Origin: Atopobium sp. UBA2090
GTDB lineage: Bacteria > Actinomycetota > Coriobacteriia > Coriobacteriales > Atopobiaceae
Assembly: GCA_002331575.1 (NCBI GenBank)
Contig: DCZG01000050.1
Location: 2,657 to 66,656, forward strand
DNA: 64,000 nt
Reading direction: 5' to 3'
The notes beneath the pieces were generated by a model. It saw nothing but the letters and a program-made list of their open reading frames with translations, made no database searches and was not told where the DNA came from. Numbering within the stretch: position 1 is the stretch's first letter; each line of letters starts with the position of its first letter. The position numbers were made by a program, and so were the translations under genes. Below are positions 8,687-16,513 of the stretch, in pieces.

Positions 8687-8730
8687 GGGTGTCCCTTTGG
8701 CTGCCAAAGGGCGTTGGCACCTTTGGCAGG
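8687..8730 (-). repeat. REP-like palindromic element, copy 3
   Basis: 44/44 identical to 1099-1142. With its flank cgta (8683-8686) it matches copy 1 over 48 bp, including GTAG. Confidence 0.85.
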
Positions 8731-8739
8731 CTGAAAAGA

Positions 8740-8767
8740 GGCCCCGCACCGTTGCCGATGCGGGGCC
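8740..8767 (-). terminator. GC-rich hairpin terminator downstream of GH3 gene 8774-11548
   Basis: ggccccgca...tgcggggcc lies 7 nt after the stop and is near-identical to 1156-1183. Confidence 0.6.
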
Positions 8768-8773
8768 GTCGTT

Positions 8774-11548
8774 CTACTCTCCCGCGTTCTGCTGGTCGCG
8801 CCAGCGGCGCATCTTCTTGTGACGGCGCACGTAGTACGTCGCGAGGAGGGCGAGAAGCACGCCCTGGATCGCGCAGAAGGCGATCTGGAAGCCGTACGGC
8901 GTGGGCGTCGCGGTGTCGAGGGCGTCGGAGTTCGCCACGGTGTACAGGATGTTCTTCGTCGCCTGGCGCAGGACCTGATGGCCCTTGGCGGTGTCGGTCG
9001 TGCTCTTGCTGAGACGCGTGTCCTGCAGGATGTTGAGCTCGAGGTCGTTGCCGGCATAGAGCGCACGGTTGACGTCACTCGTGGTGCAGGCCATCGTGCA
9101 GTCGGTGATCACGGTGCCGTGGAAGCCCCACTCGCCGCGCAGGACGGTGGTGAGCAGCGCCGAGCTCTCGGCCGAGGGCGTGGTGCCCAGGCGGTTGAAC
9201 GAGCTCATCATGGCGGTGGTACCGCCCTCCTTCACGCAGATCTCGAAGGGGCGCAGGTAGATCTCGCGCAGCGCCTGCTCGTTGAACCACGTGACCAGGC
9301 CGCCGTTGTCACGGTTGGTCTCCTGGTCGTTCACGGCGAAGTGCTTGAGGTAGCCGTAGACGCCGTTGCCCTCGAGGCCCTTGATCTCGGAGGCGATGAT
9401 CTCGCCAGAGAGAAGGCCGTCCTCGGAGACGTACTCGTAGTTGCGGCCGCCGAACGGGCTCCGGTGGATGTTCACCGCCGGCGCGTAGAGACCGCTGATG
9501 CCCATGGCCTTGGCCTCGTTGGCGAGAAGTTCGCCGACGCGCTGGGCCAGCTCCTTGTTCCAGGTGTAACCGAGGACGGACTGTCCCGTGAGCTGGGTGC
9601 CCGTGACGCCCGCCATGATGTTGTTGATGCCGTTGGGGCCATCGCACTCCGTGGTCGCGGGCTTGCTCACCGAGTTGACGTTCATGTTGGTCCAGCCGCC
9701 GTTACCGACGAGAAGCTCCATCTCGCGAAGCGAGCACTGGTCGAGAAGCGAGTCCCACGTGGGGTCGTCGTAGTCGAGGCCCTTCATGTCGGCGAGCGTG
9801 AGGTCGTTCTTGGCGCCGAAGGTCACGTCCTCGTCGGAGGAGTAGTCGAGCTCCGTGGGGTTCTCGAGGGCGTCGACCTGCTCGGCGGTGGCCGCCTTGC
9901 TGGACGCGGCGCGGGCGGTGGGCATGGTGCCTGCCCAGTCGGCACGGCTCACGTAGGTGATGCCGTCGCCAAAGCTCACGTCGTCGAACTGGTTGGTGGC
10001 CGCGGTGTCGTCGGAGCTGCGCGCGCCGTCGTTCTCGTCGTTGTAGATGACGTCCTTGTCGACGGTCACCGTCTGAGAGTCGACCACGGTGTGCGAGTCG
10101 GTCCTCAGGCTGATCTGGTAGTCGCCCGCCTCGAGCACGTACGCACCGCCCTGGGCCTTGACGCCCGCGTAGTCGTAGCTCGCCATGTCCTCCTTGGCGA
10201 AGCTCACGGTCACGCTCTGGGACTCGCCAGGCTCGAGCAGCCCGGTCTTGTCGAAGCCGCCGAGAACCACGGAGCTCTTCTCGATGCCACCCTTGGTGTA
10301 GGGCGCCGAGTAGTAGATCTCCACGACCTGTTTGCCTGCCACGCTGCCGGTGTTGGTGACGGTCACGTTGGCGGTGATCGTCGTCCCGTCGTCGGTCACC
10401 GAGTCGAGCTTCTCGTCAAAGCTCGTGTAGGAGAGGCCGTAGCCGAACGGGTACTGGACGGTCGAGCCGTAGTCGATGTAGCCGTCGGTCGCCGCCGTCT
10501 CGTAGTACCGATAGCCGACGTAGATGCCCTCCTGGTACTCGACGTAGTGGTAGGGGTTCGTGCCCGAGGCAGACGAGCCCGTGCCCGAGAACATCGAGGT
10601 GTCGGAATAGCTGGCGTTGGTGTAGTCGTACGAGCCGAAGTTGTAGTAGCTCGGCGCGCTCGTGAGGTCATACGCAAAGGTGTCGACGGTCTTGCCGGAG
10701 GGGTTCACGGCACCGGTGAGAACGCTGCCGATGGCGTTGCAGCCCGTGGAACCGGGCGTTCCCACCCAGATCGCCGCGTCGATGCCCTCGTCCTCGAGAA
10801 AGCCGAGCTCCATGGCGTTGGGGCTGTTGAGGACCACCACGACGGTGCCGAAGTTCTCCTTGGCCATCGAGAGGAGCGACTCCTCGTTGGGCGTGAGCTC
10901 GAGATAGCTGCGCCCGGCAGCGGAGCCCGTGTAGTCCGCCATGTCCATGGGGAGGTCGGAGCCCTCGCCGCCCTTGCGCGTGATGACGACGACGGCGACG
11001 TCTGAGTAGGACTTGGCGTCGGCGATCTTGTCGGCATAGGTCGAGGGATCGAGCTCATAGAGGTTCCAGTCGGTCCCCACGAGACCCTTGCTCTCCGCCG
11101 AGGTCGCGTTCTCGTCGTAATAGCTCTCGAGGTCAGGGTTGGGCTCGAGACCTGCATTCTCGAGGCCCTGGTAGAAGGTCACGTTCTTGCTCGAGTCACC
11201 CGAGCCCGAGCCCGTGCCGCCGTACGAGAAGTTGTTGCCGGCGGTCGACCCGAGCACGTTGACCTTGGTGGTGCCGGAGAGGGGAAGCGCTCCGTCGTCC
11301 TTGAGCAGGATGACGCCCTCCCCCTCGACCTCCTCGGTGACGGCGGCGGTCTGCGTGCTCGCCGCTGCCGCCTCGTCGGTGGACGCCCGCGTCCCGCTGT
11401 TGATGAACGTGTTGAGCAGGCCAGAGTACGGCCCCGCCACGCCGAAGCCCAAAGCCGTGAGTGTGACGACAATCACGGAGACGATGGTCAAGAGCACGAA
11501 GAGCAGTCTCTTGGGGCGCTTCACCTTCTTGTTCGGATCCTTTGCCAT
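8774..11548 (-). CDS. Glycoside hydrolase family 3 with reversed domain order and hydrophobic anchors at both termini
   Basis: ATG at 11548 follows GGAGGAG (39th codon of ORF 8774..11662). N-terminal TM LLFVLLTIVSVIVVTLTALGF. The sandwich and Fn3-like domains come first and the catalytic domain (KHFAVNDQETNR, GFHGTVITDC) comes last. C-terminal TM plus RRHKKMRRWR. Confidence 0.9.
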   Translation of the reverse strand: MAKDPNKKVKRPKRLLFVLLTIVSVIVVTLTALGFGVAGPYSGLLNTFINSGTRASTDEAAAASTQTAAVTEEVEGEGVILLKDDGALPLSGTTKVNVLGSTAGNNFSYGGTGSGSGDSSKNVTFYQGLENAGLEPNPDLESYYDENATSAESKGLVGTDWNLYELDPSTYADKIADAKSYSDVAVVVITRKGGEGSDLPMDMADYTGSAAGRSYLELTPNEESLLSMAKENFGTVVVVLNSPNAMELGFLEDEGIDAAIWVGTPGSTGCNAIGSVLTGAVNPSGKTVDTFAYDLTSAPSYYNFGSYDYTNASYSDTSMFSGTGSSASGTNPYHYVEYQEGIYVGYRYYETAATDGYIDYGSTVQYPFGYGLSYTSFDEKLDSVTDDGTTITANVTVTNTGSVAGKQVVEIYYSAPYTKGGIEKSSVVLGGFDKTGLLEPGESQSVTVSFAKEDMASYDYAGVKAQGGAYVLEAGDYQISLRTDSHTVVDSQTVTVDKDVIYNDENDGARSSDDTAATNQFDDVSFGDGITYVSRADWAGTMPTARAASSKAATAEQVDALENPTELDYSSDEDVTFGAKNDLTLADMKGLDYDDPTWDSLLDQCSLREMELLVGNGGWTNMNVNSVSKPATTECDGPNGINNIMAGVTGTQLTGQSVLGYTWNKELAQRVGELLANEAKAMGISGLYAPAVNIHRSPFGGRNYEYVSEDGLLSGEIIASEIKGLEGNGVYGYLKHFAVNDQETNRDNGGLVTWFNEQALREIYLRPFEICVKEGGTTAMMSSFNRLGTTPSAESSALLTTVLRGEWGFHGTVITDCTMACTTSDVNRALYAGNDLELNILQDTRLSKSTTDTAKGHQVLRQATKNILYTVANSDALDTATPTPYGFQIAFCAIQGVLLALLATYYVRRHKKMRRWRDQQNAGE

Positions 11549-11674
11549 TTCTCCTCCTTCTCCCGACCTCGAGGCGACGACAGGGTTGTCTCGAGGCCCT
11601 ACCGCTCCCCAGCGACCTGGGGAGCCCATCTGCCACCTTGGATATACTTCAGGGAGGCGCACGAGTGGTGGAGT

Positions 11675-11707
11675 TGACTCAATCGACGTGCGCCGTGACT
11701 CATTCGA
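11675..11707. promoter_or_regulatory. 12-bp direct repeats with 21-bp phasing; candidate LytTR regulator site
   Basis: tgactcaatcga at 11675-11686 and tgactcattcga at 11696-11707. They lie 127-159 nt upstream of GH3 ATG 11548 and 15-47 nt upstream of regulator ATG 11722. Confidence 0.5.
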
Positions 11708-11721
11708 TGTCAGGGGGAACG

Positions 11722-12432
11722 ATGCACCGAGTGCTCATCGTCGAGGACGACCCCGTCGAGGCGGCCAAGCTCCGCGGACACCTCGACCGCTATGCGCGCG
11801 AGCATGACACGTCCTTCTCGGTGGAGACGCTCTCCTCAGCCCTCGAGTTCGTCGAGACGCGCCATGTCGCCGACCTCATCTTCATGGACATCAACATGCC
11901 CGGCATCAACGGCATGGAGGCGGCCGAGCTCCTGCGGACCTACGACACCGAGACGCCTCTCGTCTTCGTGACCGACCTCGCCCAGTACGCGGTGCGCGGC
12001 TATCGGGTGGACGCCCTCGACTTCATGGTCAAGCCGGTGGAGTACGCGGACTTCTCGCTCCGCATGGACCGGGCGATGCGCGTGGTGCAGCGACGGGCGG
12101 GCAAGAGCCTCACGATTCCCACCGCGGACGGTCTGCGCGTGGTGGGCCTGCGCGACGTGCTCTACGTGGACATCCTTCGTCACGACCTCTACTACCACGT
12201 GACCGGCGGAGAGGTGCTGCGCAACCGCGGCTCCCTCACGCAGCTCGAGGAGCAGCTCGTTCCCGAGGGGTTCGTGCGCGTCTCGGCGAGCCACCTCGTG
12301 AACATGGCGCAGGTCACGCGCGTGCGGGCAGGCTCCGTCGAGATGAGCGACGGGGAGGAGATCGGCTTCGGACGGTCGCGCAAGCGACAGGCGCTCGAGA
12401 CCCTCTCCGCGTACATCGGCGGAAGCATCTGA
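11722..12432 (+). CDS. LytR/AlgR-family response regulator (receiver + LytTR domain), paralogue of 6625..7338
   Basis: ATG at 11722 follows GGGGG. The protein starts MHRVLIVEDD and contains DLIFMDINMPGINGMEAAELLRTYDTETPLVFVT. C-terminal LytTR-like domain. The stop overlaps the kinase start. Confidence 0.88.
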   Translation: MHRVLIVEDDPVEAAKLRGHLDRYAREHDTSFSVETLSSALEFVETRHVADLIFMDINMPGINGMEAAELLRTYDTETPLVFVTDLAQYAVRGYRVDALDFMVKPVEYADFSLRMDRAMRVVQRRAGKSLTIPTADGLRVVGLRDVLYVDILRHDLYYHVTGGEVLRNRGSLTQLEEQLVPEGFVRVSASHLVNMAQVTRVRAGSVEMSDGEEIGFGRSRKRQALETLSAYIGGSI

Positions 12433-13718
12433 TGGGCGTCAGCCTCGACCAGCTGCCGCTGTCGGGAGTCTCCCCGTCCGTGCTGCTCATTGCCTACCTC
12501 ACCATCGGACTCATCGTCGCCCGTCTCGCCCTTGGTGTCTTCCTTCTCGCACGAGGCCTCCCGACCAGGAGCCGTCCCGTCCTCCGGGCCTGCGTCGTCA
12601 TCGCGTGCCTGGTAGCGGGCACGTCGCTCTTCTTCGCGGGAACCGTCACCTGGCATAACGGCACTCCCTACTACGTGGTGCAGATGGTCTCCTTCTCGCT
12701 GCTCCTCGTGGGCTGCGCCGCGGCGGTGCACTTCCTCTGCGAGACCTCGTGGCTCGTCTCCCTCTTCGTGAGCACCGCGGGCTACACCATCCAGAACCTC
12801 GCGTCGGGGACCGACGAGTTCGTCTCCGTCATATGCCGGGGGGCCTCTGCCATCCATCCGGTCGACCTCGAGCAGCTCATGGTGTTCCTGCTGGTCACGG
12901 TAGCAATCTACGTCCCGTATTACCTCACCTTCGTGCGAGCGGTGCGTCGCGCGGGACTCGAGCGCGTGGAGGACCGGTCGATGGTCGTGGTCATGGCGCT
13001 CGTGATGCTCGTCGTCATCGGCTTCGACCTCGTCATCAAGGGACTCACCGGCGAGTCCGGCGTCACCCTGGGGTCGGTCATCGCCCTGCGCGGCGTGCAT
13101 GGACTGGCCTGCGCCTTCACGCTCTGGCTCGAGTACACCCTGCTCTACCGCCAGCGTCTGGCCACCGACGTCGCCGTGACGCAGCGGCTCCTTGTCGAGA
13201 AGGACCATCAGTACGAGTCAAGCCGGCAGAGCATCGACGCCGTCAACGCGAAGCTGCACGACGTGCGTCACGAGGTGCTGCGCCAGCTCGATCGGGCGGA
13301 CGTCGACCTGGACCGGGAGCTCCTCGCGAGCGTGGCGCGGGAAATCAGCGTGTACGACACGCGCATCCGCACCGGAAACGTCGCGCTCGACACGGTCCTC
13401 ACCGAGAGGCGGCTGCTCTGCGAGCGAAGCGGCATCACGCTCACCTGCGTGGCGGACGGCGCGGCGCTCGACTTCATGGGGGCGGGCGACCTCTACGCCC
13501 TCTTCGACGACGTGCTCGACGCCGTCATCGGACTCGGCCCCACGTCCGTCTCGCTGGTGGTGCGGCAGACGATCGGCGTGGCGTCGATTCACGTGGAGCA
13601 TGACGGCGCGGGCGAGACGGGCCCGCTCGACGAGACCCACTCCGTTGCCTCCCGCTACGGCGGCTCGGTCTCCGTGCGACCTGGTCAGCTCGACGTCATC
13701 CTCCCGCTCCCGGAGTAG
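12432..13718 (+). CDS. AgrC-like multi-TM sensor histidine kinase, paralogue of 7338..8639
   Basis: 428 aa. Hydrophobic N-terminal half, H-box-like VNAKLHDVRHEV, and a C-terminal ATPase ending SRYGGSVSV. Confidence 0.85.
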   Translation: MGVSLDQLPLSGVSPSVLLIAYLTIGLIVARLALGVFLLARGLPTRSRPVLRACVVIACLVAGTSLFFAGTVTWHNGTPYYVVQMVSFSLLLVGCAAAVHFLCETSWLVSLFVSTAGYTIQNLASGTDEFVSVICRGASAIHPVDLEQLMVFLLVTVAIYVPYYLTFVRAVRRAGLERVEDRSMVVVMALVMLVVIGFDLVIKGLTGESGVTLGSVIALRGVHGLACAFTLWLEYTLLYRQRLATDVAVTQRLLVEKDHQYESSRQSIDAVNAKLHDVRHEVLRQLDRADVDLDRELLASVAREISVYDTRIRTGNVALDTVLTERRLLCERSGITLTCVADGAALDFMGAGDLYALFDDVLDAVIGLGPTSVSLVVRQTIGVASIHVEHDGAGETGPLDETHSVASRYGGSVSVRPGQLDVILPLPE

Positions 13719-13779
13719 CCGCCGGCCAAGCGTCGCCTATCATCGTTATGTGAATGCCCCGCGCGCGATCGGAGACGAG

Positions 13780-14811
13780 ATGCCCACAGTAGTGACGCTC
13801 TGCCGTGAGTCTGCAGTCGAGCTCTATCGCTCGATGAACGAGCCTCCCCTACCGGCGGTCGCGCTGGAGCCTCGTGACGAATTGATCACCTCGACGAGTC
13901 GCCTGCACGCAGAGGGCTTCTCGCCTGAGGTCAGCAAACCCCTGCACGTCCTCTCCCGTTCCAGAAGTGCAAGGACCCACGCGAGGGACATGTCGGCACA
14001 TGTCTGGTCAGAGCCCCTGCCGAGAGAAGCCCTCCTCGCCACCGGCGGACGAGGAGTCCTCGTGACCTCGCCGGAATTCACCCTCCTGCAACTCGCCGGA
14101 CCCCCATATCCGAACGCTGCGACCGAGACGCACGACCCGGCGTGGGAGCTCGATGACCCTCGCGCCTGGGCGCGCGACAGGCGCGCCGTCGATCTTGCGC
14201 TGCTCATGATGGAGTTCACGGGAACGTATCGACGCCAGCCCACGAGGTATGGCCTTCCACGTCTCACGAGTCACGACGCCCTCACTCGATTCTGCGAGTC
14301 GGCGGGCGGGAACCGCGGCATCACGCTCATGAGACGAGCGCTGGGGCTGCAGATGGACGGGTCCTTCTCGCCCATGGAGACCGCGATTGCGCTCATGCTG
14401 ACCCTTCCCGCGGACCTGGGAGGCTACGGTCTGTCGAAGCCGATCCTCAACGTGCGGCTGTCCGGCACGGAGCTGCGCCACGACACGTCGAGCCAACGCG
14501 AGATTCTTCCCGACCTCTACTGGCCGGAGCGCGAGGTCGTGCTCGAATACGACAGCAGGGAGCACCACGGGGAAGAGGGTCCGTCTCCCATGAATGGCGA
14601 GAAGCTCGCGCACGACGCCGAACGCGCGAACTCGCTCGTCGCCGCCGGGCGTCACGTCATCGTGGTGCGCCGCAGGCAGGCGATGAACCTTGTCCGCTTT
14701 GACCTTGTCGCCAGGCAGCTCGCCGTCCTGCTGGGGCAGAGCCCCTCGACAGCCTCGGCTCTTCAGCTGGAGCGGCGGGCAAAGCTCCACGCCCTTCTCG
14801 TCCGAAGCTGA
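13780..14811 (+). CDS. Hypothetical protein with a C-terminal DUF559/Vsr-like endonuclease-fold region
   Basis: ATG at 13780 (197th codon of ORF 13192..14811; the upstream part overlaps the kinase in another frame). The C-terminus DLYWPEREVVLEYDSREHH...DAERANSLVAAGRHVIVV is DUF559-like. Confidence 0.55.
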   Translation: MPTVVTLCRESAVELYRSMNEPPLPAVALEPRDELITSTSRLHAEGFSPEVSKPLHVLSRSRSARTHARDMSAHVWSEPLPREALLATGGRGVLVTSPEFTLLQLAGPPYPNAATETHDPAWELDDPRAWARDRRAVDLALLMMEFTGTYRRQPTRYGLPRLTSHDALTRFCESAGGNRGITLMRRALGLQMDGSFSPMETAIALMLTLPADLGGYGLSKPILNVRLSGTELRHDTSSQREILPDLYWPEREVVLEYDSREHHGEEGPSPMNGEKLAHDAERANSLVAAGRHVIVVRRRQAMNLVRFDLVARQLAVLLGQSPSTASALQLERRAKLHALLVRS

Positions 14812-14883
14812 AAATTGCATCACGAACGAGGCAAAATCGACCTCGTCGGCACAAATACCGCCCCTCGTGATGCAACTTTCAGC
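14807..14883. repeat. 77-bp element made of 19-bp inverted repeats (18/19 match) around a 39-nt spacer with an inner hairpin
   Basis: gctgaaaattgcatcacga at 14807-14825 pairs with tcgtgatgcaactttcagc at 14865-14883. Inner hairpin cgagg/cctcg. It lies between convergent genes and overlaps the stop codon at 14809-14811. Confidence 0.6.
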
Positions 14884-14926
14884 TAGGACCAGTCTCGGGC
14901 TGAGCTGAATACCGGGTTACGTCGCG

Positions 14927-16150
14927 CTAGCGCCCTGCCCCGGCAAGCCGCTTGGTGAAGCTCGTGTCCGAGTGACGCGCCCACAGCGCGTAGATCAGCA
15001 CGGAGACGACGCAGGCCAGGCTGACGATCGCCCACATGGCGGAGTAGCCCAGGCTCGAGATGAGCACGCCCGCCGCTCCCCCGCCCAGGCCGTAGCCGAT
15101 GTCATAGCCACAGAGGAAGGTGGAATTGGCCGAGCCGCGCGTCGCGTCGGTCGAAGTATGGACGGCCATGGACTGGAGCGAGGGCTCGAGCCCGCCGAAC
15201 GCATAGCCGGCGAGCACGGCGGACAGCACGTACGTTACGACGCTGGGCGCGAACGCGAGCAGCAGGAAGGCGACGAGCATCGCGGCGTTGCAGGTGTAGA
15301 CGAAGATCGCCTCGCCCTTCTCGTCGACGAGCTTGCCGAGCGTCACGCGGACGAGAAGGAGCATGCCGGACATGACGAGGAAGTAGATGGACCCCGACGG
15401 GAGACCGTTCTCGGAGGCGTAGATGGCCACGAAGTTCTCGAGTGCGCCGAAGGTGAACATGAACACGAGCATGGTCACCGACGCCGGCAGGCTGTCTCGG
15501 TTGATGATCGTGCGCAGGTCGAGCTTCTTTCTGGGCACGTCGACGCGAGGGGCGCCGACGAACGAGAAGAGCACGAGGCCGACCACGGCGATGGCGGCGG
15601 CGACGGCATAGAGCACCTTGAAGCCGAAGCCCTCCATGAGGGAAAGCCCGAGCGCCGGCGCGATGGCCGAGGCGAGGGCCGTGGCCATGCCGAAGTAGCC
15701 CATGCCCTCGGCGAAGCGCGGCTTGCAGATGACATCGGAGGCGACCGTCGCCGTGGTGGAGTTTGAGAACGAGAGGCCGATGCCGTGGACCATGCGCAGG
15801 GCGATGGCCAGGGTCATCATCGGCACGAACACGTATCCGAACGGGGCGAGGCCCATGAGCACGAGCCCGATCACGAGGGCGATCCTGCGGACTCCGTTGT
15901 CGAGCCACCAGCCCACGAAGGGTCGCACGATGACCGCGATGAACGAGAAGACCGCGGCGCAGATGCCCGCGACGGCCTCCGTGCCACCGAGGCTCTGGAT
16001 GAAGAACGGGAAGGTGGCGAGGCTCATGATGTGGTTCGTGAACACGCAGAGGTTCACGAGGATGATGAGGACGAGGTCGCGGGTCCAGAGCCTCGTCCCG
16101 GACCTGAGATCCGCGGGCTGCCCGACGACTGCGGTGCTGCTTTCTGACAT
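14927..16150 (-). CDS. MFS transporter
   Basis: ATG at 16150 (21st codon of ORF 14927..16210). About 12 hydrophobic segments typical of the major facilitator superfamily. Confidence 0.8.
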   Translation of the reverse strand: MSESSTAVVGQPADLRSGTRLWTRDLVLIILVNLCVFTNHIMSLATFPFFIQSLGGTEAVAGICAAVFSFIAVIVRPFVGWWLDNGVRRIALVIGLVLMGLAPFGYVFVPMMTLAIALRMVHGIGLSFSNSTTATVASDVICKPRFAEGMGYFGMATALASAIAPALGLSLMEGFGFKVLYAVAAAIAVVGLVLFSFVGAPRVDVPRKKLDLRTIINRDSLPASVTMLVFMFTFGALENFVAIYASENGLPSGSIYFLVMSGMLLLVRVTLGKLVDEKGEAIFVYTCNAAMLVAFLLLAFAPSVVTYVLSAVLAGYAFGGLEPSLQSMAVHTSTDATRGSANSTFLCGYDIGYGLGGGAAGVLISSLGYSAMWAIVSLACVVSVLIYALWARHSDTSFTKRLAGAGR

Positions 16151-16280
16151 GAAGAGACCTTTCGAACGACAGAGACGAAAGGCCGCCCGAAGGGGACGTC
16201 GCAGAGCCACGAGCCTGCAGGCAGCCGAGATGAATCAATCGGACTTACGCGCGAGGCAGCTCATTGACAGATGAAGTATA

Positions 16281-16458
16281 CCCGTGCATGGGATGGACTG
16301 GCGAGAAACGACACGGAGTTTCCACGGTACCGAACGATTTCTCGCCGCGGACCGTCCAGTGTCCCCGGCTCGATTGCGGAGATTTTCTCAACGGCCATGC
16401 CACGGGTGGTAGAGTGAGTCCTTGCGTGTAGCGCACAGGATGAAAAGTGCAGAGGCAA
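16281..16458 (+). promoter_or_regulatory. Structured RNA element of unknown class (candidate riboswitch aptamer or 5' body of a small RNA)
   Basis: Closing helix cccgtgcatgg (16281-16291) / ccatgccacggg (16395-16406). Nested long helix tggac-t-ggcgagaaa ... tttctcgcc-N7-gtcca. Further hairpins lie before the terminator. Confidence 0.45.
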
Positions 16459-16495
16459 GGCGCGTGGTTCCCACTGGGTGCCACGCGCCTTTTTT
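16459..16495 (+). terminator. Strong intrinsic terminator 18 nt upstream of the next start codon
   Basis: ggcgcgtgg-N13-ccacgcgcc followed by TTTTTT (16490-16495). Confidence 0.8.
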
Positions 16496-16513
16496 GTCGA
16501 AAGGAAGCATCGC

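Noticed and set aside
13192-13779. The 5' 588 nt of ORF 13192..14811, which overlaps the kinase gene 12432..13718.
   Set aside because: The translation is S/T/R-rich and out of frame with a well-supported kinase. A plausible ATG at 13780 begins after the kinase stop.
16264-16282. TTGACA (16264-16269) with TATACC (16277-16282) as a promoter for the structured RNA.
   Set aside because: The spacer is only 7 nt, so the two boxes cannot form one sigma-70 promoter. The true start site is left undetermined.
16395-16420. A T-box (GGGUGGUA) or ZTP (GACUGGCG at 16296-16303) identity for the structured leader.
   Set aside because: Only short fragments of each consensus are present. The remaining invariant parts (T-box ACCGCG and specifier features; ZTP CCGCCUGGGC sub-domain) are missing, and the downstream gene does not fit either regulon. 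The element is kept as unknown-class RNA.
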